A stretch of 64,000 nucleotides of DNA from Dehalococcoidia bacterium (GTDB lineage Bacteria; Chloroflexota; Dehalococcoidia; Lucifugimonadales; UBA3495), in the NCBI GenBank assembly GCA_965242615.1, contig CBDESR010000005.1, positions 838,854 to 902,853 of the forward strand, read 5' to 3'. Position numbers and translations under genes: made by a program. Each line of letters opens with the position of its first letter. The stretch's first letter is position 1. This document shows, piece by piece, positions 7,088-15,750 of the stretch. The notes below the pieces were generated by a model. That model was not told the origin of the DNA, searched no databases, and saw only the letters and a program-made list of their open reading frames with translations.

Positions 7088-9919
7088 ATGCCGCGTTCCC
7101 GTCAACGTCAACGCCCACCGGCCGCCGCCGCGCCGCCGGAACACACCGCCTATAACTACGCCTCCGCCCGCAGCGTCAACCTGCCGCCCGCAGAAACGGC
7201 CGCCGCCGCCGATGCGGCGTCTTTACTGGCCGAATCCCCCATCCCCATCGCCGGCGGCGCTGACGACCGTACCCGGTTTCCCCAGCTGCGCTGGAATCGG
7301 TCGGCGTTGGCCGACCACGCCCGCACCTACGGCCCCCTCTATATCCACGACAAAATCTATCCCGAGGAGTTCGTCAAAACCCTGCTCCAAGCCCCGGCGC
7401 AGCGGCAGGGCGAATTGGGCTTTGCCGCCATCAACGGCTATACCGAGGACGACGGCAGCCCCGCCGTCAACGCCAACTTGCGCCCCTATCAGTATCAAAA
7501 CGGCCACTGGTCCAACCGCCTCATCCGCGCCACGGGGCAGCGGGCCATGGCCAGTTTGCTGCACAAAGAGGGAATGGCCGGCCAAGTGAACCTGGTCTAT
7601 CTCGACCCCCCCTATAACATCAGTTTCCGTTCCAACTTTCAGGTGGCGGTCGATTCCCCGGAAACGGCGGAAAACCTGAACGGCGTTCCCCAAAACCCCA
7701 CCGCCATTAAAGCCTTTCGCGACACCTACCGCAACGGCGTCCATTCCTACCTCGACGGACTGTACGAACAGCTCTACCTGGCCCGGGAACTGCTGGCCGA
7801 GGATGGCAGCGTCATCGTCCAGATTGGCCCGGACAATGTCCATCAGGTAGCTATGTTAATGGGCGAAGTCTTTGGCACCGATAACCATGTGGCGACTATT
7901 CCCTATCGTACTACCCGGATGGCAGCAAAAATGCTCCAAGAAGTAGGTAACTGGTTGGTCTGGTTTGCCAAATCGTTGGATAGCTGTAAGTACCGCCAAC
8001 TCTATCTGGAAAGGAACACCGCCGCCGTTATCGCTAACCGTGGCGGACGTGTGCGGTATCAGAACAAAGATGGCTCTATCCGGGAGTTGACCGACCAAGA
8101 GTTGCTGAACCCCCAGCAAATAGCAAAGGAGCTGTCGTCTCTGTTCACTACCCGAGCTCTCGACTCTGCTCACCACAGCCCTACCGGGCGTAGCGATAAA
8201 TTCTACCTACATCCTGAAGGAGTGCCTTGCCCGGAACACTCGACGGAGTGGGATAACCATATTTGCAGCGCAAGTTGCCACGAAGGAGAGGCGCAACGCG
8301 AATGTCCTTTCGGCCGGCCGTGTGATGGCAAATCAGATGAGGAAACTATGTGCCGCGCCAATGCCTACCCGTGTCCCACGGGTAGGCAATGGAGTGTAAG
8401 CCTTTCAGGCTTACACTCCATTGCCCAACAGGGCAGGATGCTTGTAGTTGACAGTGCGGTAACTTTCAAGGTGTACGAAAATGAACAAACCGGCAATCCC
8501 CTTACCGCAATTTGGGACGACGCCGGTTCCGTTCGGGACAAACAGTATATTGTCGAGACGCCGGCCAAAGTCCTCGAGCGGTGCATTTTGATGACCACGG
8601 ATCCGGGGGATTTGGTGCTGGATTTGACTTGCGGCAGCGGGGCGATGGCGGTAATGGCGGAGACTTGGGGGCGGCGGTGGATTGCTGTTGATGTGTCGGC
8701 GGTGTCGATAGCCATTGCCCGGGAGCGGATTGCCACCGGCATTTACCCCTATCATCATTTGGTGGATTCGCCGGCGGGGGCGGAGCTGGAGTGGCAGTTG
8801 GCCCAGGAGCTATTGCCGCCGGAGCAACGGGCCGACTTTGTGGGCCGGGAAAGTTACGGCTACGACCCGGCCCAGGGATTCGTCAACGAGCGGCAGCTGC
8901 GGGTTTCGGCGGCGACCCTGGCTTACGGCCCCGATTTGGCCCGGGATGTGATTCGGCATCCGGACCGCACCCGGCGGGATCGGTCGCGGAAACGGGTGGC
9001 TACGCCCTTTACGGTGGTATCGGATTCGCCGCATTCCCTCAGCCCGGAGCAGGCGGCGGCCGGCAGTCCCGCCGGGGATACGGCCGGTTTCCTGCAAAGT
9101 CATGGCTTTGTTTTGCCGGAGGCTAATCCGGTAGTAAAGCGGATGATTGCCAGCCTGGAAAAAGCGGGGATTAAGCAGTATGCCGGCGGCGGCGGTATCG
9201 TCCGCTTTCGGGTCGAAAACTTGCAGCCGGCCGAACTGCGCGCCGTTACCCACACCGGGGAACTGGTGGGCCCCGGCCGCCGGCGGGACAAAGCCTACTT
9301 CTACATCGGCGCCGAGGATGAAGTAATTTCGGCGGCCAAAACCCATTGGGCGGTGCAGGCGGCCCAGCGGGTGGCCGACATTGCCTATGTGGTAATGATT
9401 GGCTTTGGGATGGAGGGCGACACCCTGGCGGTGGGGGCCGAATATACCCGCCCCCAAGTGCTGCAAGTGGCCGCCAACCGGGATTTGCAGCTGGCCCACC
9501 TGAAAGCCGATTCCTCCGACGACTCCTTTACCGTCATCGCCGAGCCGGAGGTAAAGGTTCACTACCAGGAGGACGGGCAGGTCTGCTTGGAAGTTACCGG
9601 CCTCAACGCCTTTAACCCGACCAAGGGCATTGTCGAACCGCCGGATACCCGGCAGGTGGTGGGGATAATGACCGATACGGACTATGACGGGGAGTCGTTC
9701 CGGGCGCGGCTAATGAATGTGCGGGCGACCCAGCGCAATCAACGGACGCTGAAACTGCTGCGGGCCGCCTTTGGCCGGAACATCGACCCGGAGCGGTGGG
9801 AACGGATGCAGTCCTGCACTACGCTGCCCTTTACGCCGCCGGGCCCCGGCGGCCGGGTCGCGGTCAAGGTTATCGACCAGACCGGAATGGAACACATGAA
9901 AACCCTGTCGGTGGAGTAG
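7088..9919 (+). CDS. mod: Type III-like DNA methyltransferase Mod (beta-class N6A/N4C) with Cys-rich insertion
   Basis: 943 aa. Motif IV VNLVYLDPPYN precedes motif I DLVLDLTCGSGAMAV (beta order). The central part (about 7860-8560) is visibly lower in GC and encodes 9 Cys in about 55 aa. Confidence 0.85.
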   Translation: MPRSRQRQRPPAAAAPPEHTAYNYASARSVNLPPAETAAAADAASLLAESPIPIAGGADDRTRFPQLRWNRSALADHARTYGPLYIHDKIYPEEFVKTLLQAPAQRQGELGFAAINGYTEDDGSPAVNANLRPYQYQNGHWSNRLIRATGQRAMASLLHKEGMAGQVNLVYLDPPYNISFRSNFQVAVDSPETAENLNGVPQNPTAIKAFRDTYRNGVHSYLDGLYEQLYLARELLAEDGSVIVQIGPDNVHQVAMLMGEVFGTDNHVATIPYRTTRMAAKMLQEVGNWLVWFAKSLDSCKYRQLYLERNTAAVIANRGGRVRYQNKDGSIRELTDQELLNPQQIAKELSSLFTTRALDSAHHSPTGRSDKFYLHPEGVPCPEHSTEWDNHICSASCHEGEAQRECPFGRPCDGKSDEETMCRANAYPCPTGRQWSVSLSGLHSIAQQGRMLVVDSAVTFKVYENEQTGNPLTAIWDDAGSVRDKQYIVETPAKVLERCILMTTDPGDLVLDLTCGSGAMAVMAETWGRRWIAVDVSAVSIAIARERIATGIYPYHHLVDSPAGAELEWQLAQELLPPEQRADFVGRESYGYDPAQGFVNERQLRVSAATLAYGPDLARDVIRHPDRTRRDRSRKRVATPFTVVSDSPHSLSPEQAAAGSPAGDTAGFLQSHGFVLPEANPVVKRMIASLEKAGIKQYAGGGGIVRFRVENLQPAELRAVTHTGELVGPGRRRDKAYFYIGAEDEVISAAKTHWAVQAAQRVADIAYVVMIGFGMEGDTLAVGAEYTRPQVLQVAANRDLQLAHLKADSSDDSFTVIAEPEVKVHYQEDGQVCLEVTGLNAFNPTKGIVEPPDTRQVVGIMTDTDYDGESFRARLMNVRATQRNQRTLKLLRAAFGRNIDPERWERMQSCTTLPFTPPGPGGRVAVKVIDQTGMEHMKTLSVE
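8385..8425. repeat. Perfect 18-bp inverted repeat (5-nt loop) inside mod
   Basis: ggcaatggagtgtaagcc-tttca-ggcttacactccattgcc, read directly. It encodes GRQWSVSLSGLHSIAQ. Confidence 0.9.
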
Positions 9920-9925
9920 GCGGGG

Positions 9926-10441
9926 TTAGCGGGATTTGCGGCGGCGGTGCGGCCGGCGGCGGCGGGCTGATTGGGACGGGGCCGGTTTTGACGGATGGGC
10001 GGCGGCGGCGCGGCGGCCGGCGGCGCGGTTACTGCTAGGGGCGGCGGCAGTGGCGGCGGCGAGGATTTGGCGGCGATGGCGGAGCCAGTGGCTTTGGGTG
10101 ATGAGGGTCAGCAGGATGCCGGGGAGAATGATTTGCCCGGCAAGCAGAGCGGCGGGAGTGATGTTGCCGGCCAAGAGGGCGTTAATGCCGTCCCGGCCGC
10201 CGATGCCCCAAGTATAGAGGGCGTAGCTGCCCACGAACAGGGCGGCCCAAGCGATAGCCCCGGAAATCAGTCCGTTGTGCCAGGGGGAACGCAGGATCAG
10301 TATGGACCACACCGGCCAGAACATAAAGGCGGGATAGAGAAACCAATACTGGTAGTACCAGGGTTTCAGCTGCTCCGGCGGCGGCGGTTGGGCTTGCGGT
10401 TCCGGTTCCGGTTCTGGGGATGGCGGCGGGTTGGCGTTCAT
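9926..10441 (-). CDS. Membrane protein with Pro-rich N-terminus and Arg-rich C-terminus (hypothetical)
   Basis: ORF 9926..10921 trimmed to ATG 10441, because the upstream part runs through a REP element. Sequence MNANPPPSPEPEPEPQAQPPPPEQLKPWYYQYWFLYPAFMFWPVWSILIL..., about 4 TM spans. Confidence 0.55.
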   Translation of the reverse strand: MNANPPPSPEPEPEPQAQPPPPEQLKPWYYQYWFLYPAFMFWPVWSILILRSPWHNGLISGAIAWAALFVGSYALYTWGIGGRDGINALLAGNITPAALLAGQIILPGILLTLITQSHWLRHRRQILAAATAAAPSSNRAAGRRAAAAHPSKPAPSQSARRRRPHRRRKSR

Positions 10442-10465
10442 TTTTCCGGTTGGGGGTCGGCGTTT

Positions 10466-10495
10466 TCTGGATTCCCACTTTCGTGGGAATGACGG
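10466..10495. repeat. REP-A hairpin repeat copy
   Basis: tctggattcccactttcgtgggaatgacgg, with stem attccca/tgggaat. Confidence 0.75.
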
Positions 10496-10515
10496 TGTCA
10501 AGGCCCGGGCGGGGG

Positions 10516-10779
10516 TTAGTTGCGGGCGAGGAGCAGGTGGAACTCGAGGGGGTCGATGTTGCGCTGCTCCCGGATGGCGGCAACCGAGTATTCGACGCAC
10601 ATCCGGGCGAATCCGGAGTATTCGTAGATGTGGTAGCCGAGGATGACCCGGGGGATTTCCGGGTCGAGTTCGATTTGGAGCTGGTTGGGTTCGTTGTGGT
10701 CGATTTCGAGGTCGATGGCGCGGTCGGTAAGCCGCTCGATTTTGGCTTGGAGGCGTTGGGCGAATTCGTCGTTTTCCAT
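10516..10779 (-). CDS. Small conserved-looking hypothetical protein (87 aa)
   Basis: ATG 10779 with AGGAGA upstream. Non-repetitive sequence MENDEFAQRLQAKIERLTDRAIDLEIDHNEPNQLQIELDPEIPRVILGYHIYEYSGFARMCVEY... Confidence 0.6.
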   Translation of the reverse strand: MENDEFAQRLQAKIERLTDRAIDLEIDHNEPNQLQIELDPEIPRVILGYHIYEYSGFARMCVEYSVAAIREQRNIDPLEFHLLLARN

Positions 10780-10834
10780 TTCGGGCTGGTCTCCTGCGGT
10801 TTGACCGGGTTTGACCGGGATTTTTTGGGGGTTC

Positions 10835-10862
10835 GGGATTCCTGCCGGCGCGGGAAGGACGG
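10835..10862. repeat. REP-A-like repeat copy (degenerate)
   Basis: gggattcctgccggcgcgggaaggacgg. Confidence 0.5.
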
Positions 10863-10892
10863 TGGGATGGCGCGTGCCGGATGGTGTGCGGG

Positions 10893-11237
10893 TTAGTCGG
10901 GGTCGGCCAGGGGGACGGCAAAGGAGACGCGGTACTGGTCGTCGACGCTGCGGGCGATGTGGCCGTGGCCGGTCACATCCTCGGCAATCAGCACATCGCC
11001 GGGATAGAGGCGGCGGACGCTGCCATCGGCGGTTTCGTATTCGGCGGCCCCGGAAAGGGCGATGACATACTGGCGGCGGGGGGCTTGGTGAAAGTCCTGG
11101 AGATAGGGCGGCTGGCGGCGGGTGAGGGTGATGGGCCCGGAGCCGATGTTGTTGATGATGGACTCGAATTGGTCGACGGTCAAGTCCTCGAAGTGGGATT
11201 CGCCGTCATCGCCGGCATAGACGCGTACGATTTGCAT
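10893..11237 (-). CDS. Cupin-domain protein
   Basis: 114 aa, AGGAGG RBS. Sequence ...HQAPRRQYVIALSGAAEYETADGSVRRLYPGDVLIAEDVTGHGH... fits the two-motif cupin beta-barrel pattern. Confidence 0.6.
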   Translation of the reverse strand: MQIVRVYAGDDGESHFEDLTVDQFESIINNIGSGPITLTRRQPPYLQDFHQAPRRQYVIALSGAAEYETADGSVRRLYPGDVLIAEDVTGHGHIARSVDDQYRVSFAVPLADPD

Positions 11238-11290
11238 TGGGGGCGGCCTCCTGATTAGCGGGATTTGGGATTATGATAGCATAAGTGTCA

Positions 11291-11347
11291 ATTAAGAATT
11301 GGGAATTGGGAATTGATAATTAGGAATTAAGAATTAGGAATTGGGGG
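11291..11347. repeat. AT-rich GAATT-tract repeat (GGAATTR/AGAATTR units)
   Basis: aattaagaattgggaattgggaattgataattaggaattaagaattaggaattggggg. A near-identical tract lies at 25851-25897 and a single unit at about 29015-29030. Confidence 0.8.
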
Positions 11348-11470
11348 ATTGGTTCCGGCCGGTTATTTTCGGTTCCGTATAAACAGGGCGTGGTATAGTT
11401 AATGCTGGGCAGCGGTTCCGGGCGGCGGGTCGGCTTGGCAAGTAGTTTCAGCGAAATGGAGGAACAACGG

Positions 11471-11920
11471 ATGCGGGTAAGGCAGGCTAGGGTTAGACGG
11501 GCGGTGGCGCGCTTTGCGGTGCGCTATGGTACGATTGGGGTTGCTTTGTTGGTGGTGGCTATTGCGGTGGGCGTGGCGTGGCTGACCTTGAGCGTGGCGC
11601 CGGATAATGTCAAGGAGACTTGGCAGCAGCGGTTAGCCCTGGTCATCGGCGGGTGGAGCGTGGCGGGGGGCGGGATTTGGCTGAGCGACTATCTGTGGCA
11701 TAAGATTAAGGGGGTGCACCAAGTGCTGAGCAGGAAGGAACGGGAGTTGAACCGGCAGGAGGGCCGCGAGGAAGGGCGCCAGGAGGGGCGGCAGGAGGGG
11801 CGGCAAGAGGGCGTTGCCATCAGGAACGCCCAGTTGCTGGAGTTTCTGGAGGAACACCCGGAGACTACCCTCGACCAGATTAGGGAGCTGCTGCGGAACG
11901 GGGATGGGCACCGCAAGTAG
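11471..11920 (+). CDS. Membrane protein with (EGRQ)n tandem repeat tail (hypothetical)
   Basis: ORF 11402..11920. The preferred start is ATG 11471 (GGAGGA 7 nt upstream). Two TM spans, then RELNRQEGREEGRQEGRQEGRQEGVAIRNAQLLEFLEEHPE. Confidence 0.55.
   Translation: MRVRQARVRRAVARFAVRYGTIGVALLVVAIAVGVAWLTLSVAPDNVKETWQQRLALVIGGWSVAGGGIWLSDYLWHKIKGVHQVLSRKERELNRQEGREEGRQEGRQEGRQEGVAIRNAQLLEFLEEHPETTLDQIRELLRNGDGHRK
11756..11812 (+). repeat. 12-nt tandem repeat encoding (Q/E)EGR x ~4.7
   Basis: caggagggccgc gaggaagggcgc caggaggggcgg caggaggggcgg caagagggc. Confidence 0.85.
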
Positions 11921-12055
11921 GACGGTGGCGCGGCCGGGAAGGGTTAGCGGCGGCCTTTGCTGCTGACGCGGCAGATGGGAAGGGGTTTGGCGGGTTTCCC
12001 GTCCCAATTGGGAGGGGAGACCCGCCTTTTTGTAGTGGGATGGCTGTTAGCGAGG

Positions 12056-12940
12056 TTAGCGGCGGCGTTTGCGGACTTTCTTTTCGCAGGTGGCGGACCA
12101 GAGGACGTATTGGTAGGCCCGGCCGCGCCAAGTGTTGCCGCCGGTGTTGCGGAGGTTTTCGTAGCCCCAACCTTGATGGAGCTGGTTGTTGCTGGAATTG
12201 TTGACGAAGTCGGCAGGGTTGGAACTGCGTTCGATGTTGCGGGTGGTGGGGTAGCCTTGGGATTCACAGTAAGCCTGGGCGGCGGTGGCCGCCTGCTGGT
12301 CCCACCAGGCATCCCGGCGGTTGGCGTCCCGGATGGCGTGGGTGCTGAGGAGATACTGCTGCCAGTAATACTCGCGCTGGATGCGCTGGGCAAAGCGGGG
12401 GTGACTGGTGCCGGCGGTGTGTTCGTATTCGTTGGGGGCGATGGTGCGGGCGCGGCGGGTGGTGTCCTGGGGGACTTGGCGGCGTTTGGTTACGGTTTTC
12501 CAGCCGCGGCGCTGCTCCCGGGGGAATTCAAAGATGAGCTCGCGGGAGACGCCGGTAACGCCGGATTCGCCGTCGGTGAGGTAGCCCTCTTGGGCCGCCA
12601 GGAAGCCGCGGAAGTTGCCGCTTTGGCCGAAATAGACGGTGTCGTCCCGTTCGTTGCGATCCCGGCCGGCAAGCCAAGTTTCGGACTTGGTCCAAGTGTC
12701 GGACTGGTCGATGGCGCAATAGATGGACTTGCCCCGGTTGGCGGCCAAGGTTTCGAGGATCATCGAGACGCGGGCGTCATCAGCGTCGGCAACGGCGGGG
12801 GATTCTTGCCAGTCGGAGCAGTCCCAGGGGATGGAGCGGGGGGCGGCTTGGGCCGTAGGGTCGGGATTGGCGGTAAGGAACAGGAGTAGGGTCAAAGCAC
12901 TCAGGGCAAGGATGGCAATAGGGAATCGGTAGCGGTACAT
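12056..12940 (-). CDS. Secreted protein, paralog B (shared N-terminal domain, unique C-terminal half)
   Basis: ORF 12056..12961 trimmed to ATG 12940. MYRYRFPIAILALSALTLLLFLTANPDPTAQAAP is a signal peptide. Residues about 1-150 are near-identical to paralog A, with many synonymous nucleotide differences. Ends SATCEKKVRKRRR. Confidence 0.75.
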   Translation of the reverse strand: MYRYRFPIAILALSALTLLLFLTANPDPTAQAAPRSIPWDCSDWQESPAVADADDARVSMILETLAANRGKSIYCAIDQSDTWTKSETWLAGRDRNERDDTVYFGQSGNFRGFLAAQEGYLTDGESGVTGVSRELIFEFPREQRRGWKTVTKRRQVPQDTTRRARTIAPNEYEHTAGTSHPRFAQRIQREYYWQQYLLSTHAIRDANRRDAWWDQQAATAAQAYCESQGYPTTRNIERSSNPADFVNNSSNNQLHQGWGYENLRNTGGNTWRGRAYQYVLWSATCEKKVRKRRR

Positions 12941-12995
12941 AGGAATCCCTCCCGGCGGCAACGCCTTTTAATGCCGGCGGTATGCCGGTAATAAC

Positions 12996-13024
12996 AGGAT
13001 AGAAAAGGCCGGCTTTCCTGTCAA
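12996..13024 (-). promoter_or_regulatory. Predicted promoter of paralog B (TTGACA-17-TATCCT)
   Basis: Minus strand reads TTGACA (13019-13024), a 17-nt spacer, then TATCCT (12996-13001). Same geometry as at 3664-3692. Confidence 0.45.
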
Positions 13025-13044
13025 GTAGGAAAGCCGGCCTTTTC
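13002..13044. promoter_or_regulatory. Perfect 18-bp palindrome enclosing the -35 box (covaries with 3672-3711)
   Basis: gaaaaggccggctttcct-gtcaagt-aggaaagccggccttttc, followed by a T-run on the + strand. Confidence 0.6.
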
Positions 13045-13191
13045 TGCGATTGGTGCCGTTTGGCGAGGGGAGGGGTTGGCTGCCGGGGGCTCGAGAATTA
13101 AAAAAATTTTTGGGGCCCCGGGAGGGGTTCAAAAAGATACGGCGGCCGGATGGGTTATCCGGCCGCCGGGTCATTCCCGCTCCCCACACCT

Positions 13192-13226
13192 ATGTCATTC
13201 CGACCGCAGGGAGGAATCTAAAAGTC
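13192..13226. repeat. REP-B repeat copy (inverted orientation, variant)
   Basis: atgtcattccgaccgcagggaggaatctaaaagtc. Confidence 0.6.
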
Positions 13227-13240
13227 TCGAGAGGAGTCAA

Positions 13241-13287
13241 GGGCGGGCATTTTAGATTCCTCGGCTATCGCCTCGGAATGACATGGG
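13241..13287. repeat. REP-B repeat copy
   Basis: gggcgggcattttagattcctcggctatcgcctcggaatgacatggg. Identical over about 46 nt to 23271-23316. Confidence 0.85.
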
Positions 13288-13388
13288 AAAAGTAGGGGGG
13301 AATGACGGTTTAATGGTGGGAGATACGGCGGGGGAACTGTCACATAAAGTTCCCCCGCGCCCCCTCAAAACTTTTTGAGTTTGGGGAA

Positions 13389-13437
13389 GTTTTTAAGGGC
13401 GGGCGGTTCTGGATTCCCACTTTCGTGGGAATGACGG
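13389..13437. repeat. REP-A repeat copy (long form)
   Basis: gtttttaagggcgggcggttctggattcccactttcgtgggaatgacgg. The long form is shared with 26001-26048. Confidence 0.8.
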
Positions 13438-13590
13438 GGGAGGGCGGGAAGGACATAGGGGCTGGAGTCAGAATGGCATAGTTGGGGGGCGTTGGAATTA
13501 CATAGGGGAGCGGTGGGGATGATGTAGGTATAGGGGCGGTTGTCCGGGGCGGCAGTAATTCGTGGGGACGCGGCTTGGCGCCGGCATCCC

Positions 13591-14589
13591 CTAACTGCTT
13601 ACCAGGCGGGCTACGGCCTGCTTTACCAGGTTGACGGCCATAGTTACTTTGTAGGCGTTGTTGGTCATGGGGCGGGCGTCGGGGAGGGCCAAGGTACCGG
13701 CGTGGGCGGCGTCAATGGCGGCGGCGGGTTGGCCTTGCAGGTAGGTTTCGACTTGGGCCGCCCGGTAGGGGGTGGGGGCGACGCCGCCGAGGGCGATGGC
13801 GGCGTACTGGATGATGCCGTCAGCCAGGGCGATGCGGGCGGCGACGCTGACCAGGGCAAAGTCGCCGGCTTCCCGCTCCCGGGCTTTGAGGTAGAGGCTG
13901 CGCGGCGGGCGGCCGGCGGCGGGGGCGGTCGGCGGGGGCAGGGTTACGCCGGTCAGGATTTCGCCGGGCTGCAAGACGGTTTCCCGGGTTACATCGGCGG
14001 CCGGGCTGAGGAAAAAGTCGGCGATGGGCAGAGTGCGGTTGCCGTTAGTCCCGGCAATTGCTACCTGGGCGTCCATTACCGACAGGGCTACGGCGGTGTC
14101 CGAGGGGTGGACGATATAGCAGCGGTCGCCGCCGGTGACGCATAGATATTTGGTGTTGCCAGCCAGGGCGTAGCAGCGGTCGCCGCCTTTTTTCAGGCAG
14201 GGAATTAGGGGATGGCGGTAGTACCAGCAGCGGGGGCGTTGGTTCAGGTTGCCGCCCAAGGTGCCGACATTGCGGATTTGCGGGGTGGCTAGGCCGGCGG
14301 CGGCTTCGGCCAGGGCGGTGTAGTCGTCCCGGATGACCGGATGGGCGGCGATGTCGGCAATGGTGGTCATGGCGCCGATGGACAGCCCGTGGTCGGTTTC
14401 GGCGATGCCGTTCAAGCCGGGGATGGATGCCAGGCTGACGAGCCGGCCGGGGTTGATGATGCCCTCTTTGACTTCGTCGAGGAGGTCGGAGCCGCCGGCG
14501 ATGATGCGGGCGTCCAAGGCCGGCTCGGCGGTGAGCAGGGCGGTGGCGTCCGGGATGGTTTGGGGTTCGGTGTATTGGAAGGGGGGCAT
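13591..14589 (-). CDS. Xanthine dehydrogenase/CO dehydrogenase family FAD-binding (medium) subunit
   Basis: 332 aa, AAGGAG RBS. Sequence ...RIIAGGSDLLDEVKEGIINPGRLVSL...ATPQIRNVGTLGGNLNQRPRCWYYR... matches the FAD_binding_5/CO_deh_flav_C pattern. Confidence 0.8.
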   Translation of the reverse strand: MPPFQYTEPQTIPDATALLTAEPALDARIIAGGSDLLDEVKEGIINPGRLVSLASIPGLNGIAETDHGLSIGAMTTIADIAAHPVIRDDYTALAEAAAGLATPQIRNVGTLGGNLNQRPRCWYYRHPLIPCLKKGGDRCYALAGNTKYLCVTGGDRCYIVHPSDTAVALSVMDAQVAIAGTNGNRTLPIADFFLSPAADVTRETVLQPGEILTGVTLPPPTAPAAGRPPRSLYLKAREREAGDFALVSVAARIALADGIIQYAAIALGGVAPTPYRAAQVETYLQGQPAAAIDAAHAGTLALPDARPMTNNAYKVTMAVNLVKQAVARLVSS

Positions 14590-14612
14590 GGGGGCTCCTT
14601 TGGGGGGAAAGA

Positions 14613-15746
14613 TTAGCGTTCCAGCAGGAACAGAAATTCCCGGTTAGGGTTTTCCGATTCGTTGACCCATTGGTTAGTCCAGGTCATATTTGCCATAACA
14701 TTGCGCTGGTAGTCAATGGCTACTACTTCCCGCAATTTGCCGTTATCCCGGAGGATTTGGTCGAGTTCCGCGGCCGTAGCCCGGCCGCCGGAACTGTAGG
14801 AGAGGATTATCCAGCGGGCTTGGGTTGATTTTAGCAGATTGTCAAGGGCGGCTACGGCGATAAAGCGGCCGTCAGCGGCGCGGCGAAATTCCTCGAAGTC
14901 CGAGGCGGCTACCCGGTCGGAGGTGTCGCGGCGGCGGTTGGCTTTGCCGAATAGTTCCGGATGGTCAAAGCGGCAGACGCTTTGCCAGATATGGTAGTAG
15001 GCGGCGTAGCGCACCCGGGAGGGCGGCATTTTTTCGTTGTTTGAGCCATAGGGCGGGTCAAAATACGCCAGATCAACGGATATTTCCGGGGCAAGGTCAA
15101 AGATGTCTTTCCGATGGACTTGGTGGCGGCCGTCCGAGGGAAAAATCGCCGGGACGGCAAGGCGTAGTTTGCCGTAAGAGCGGGGCGACCAGTCTTTAAG
15201 ATAGGCGGCGTAATGGCCCAAACTGCTGTCCACCCGGTCGAGGGCCAGGATCAGGCTGGTCAGGGCTACGGCTTTAGTTACCGGATCGAGGTTGAGATTC
15301 TCGATTTCCAGTCGGATGGCGTCGAGCTGGCGGGTGTTATGGGCTTGCCAAGGTTTTTTGCGGCCATCGGATTGAATGGAGCAGCCGCCGTTGGGCTGCC
15401 CGCCGTAATGCCGGGTGAACCAGCCATCCACTGGGGGCAAAGCGTTCAGATGGTCGATGAGGGGTTGGTAAGCGGCGCGGCTTTTTTGGTTAAGCAGATA
15501 GCAGGTTCCGAAAATTTCCGACCAGACGGCGATGTCGTTGCAAATCACCCGGCAACCGTCTTTAGCCAGGGCTTGGGAGACGCGGGTGGTGCCGGAAAAG
15601 CCGTCGAGGACGGTTACCGCCCCGGTTTTCCGGACCAGTTGCCGGATGTAGGGAAGGATTTTCTGCTTGGAGCCGGCGTACTTGATGCCTTGGGTGGGCG
15701 GCGCCGGCGCCGGCGGAGGGGTAAGGAGAGGAACGGTGTCGAGCAT
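14613..15746 (-). CDS. Dam-like (D12 class) N6-adenine DNA methyltransferase
   Basis: ORF 14613..16136 trimmed to ATG 15746. Sequence GIKYAGSKQKILPYI..., VLDGFSGTTRVSQALA (AdoMet site), LAYFDPPYG (motif IV). Starts 4 nt after the upstream gene stop. Confidence 0.8.
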   Translation of the reverse strand: MLDTVPLLTPPPAPAPPTQGIKYAGSKQKILPYIRQLVRKTGAVTVLDGFSGTTRVSQALAKDGCRVICNDIAVWSEIFGTCYLLNQKSRAAYQPLIDHLNALPPVDGWFTRHYGGQPNGGCSIQSDGRKKPWQAHNTRQLDAIRLEIENLNLDPVTKAVALTSLILALDRVDSSLGHYAAYLKDWSPRSYGKLRLAVPAIFPSDGRHQVHRKDIFDLAPEISVDLAYFDPPYGSNNEKMPPSRVRYAAYYHIWQSVCRFDHPELFGKANRRRDTSDRVAASDFEEFRRAADGRFIAVAALDNLLKSTQARWIILSYSSGGRATAAELDQILRDNGKLREVVAIDYQRNVMANMTWTNQWVNESENPNREFLFLLER

Positions 15747-15750
15747 AGGG

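Noticed and set aside
11291-11347. Possible CRISPR arrays (GAATT tracts, the GGTTG cluster at 25367-25637, the coiled-coil and collagen coding repeats).
   Set aside because: No alternation of a 25-40-nt direct repeat with unique spacers. Repeat units are 5-12 nt or are coding periodicities. No cas genes are present in the window.
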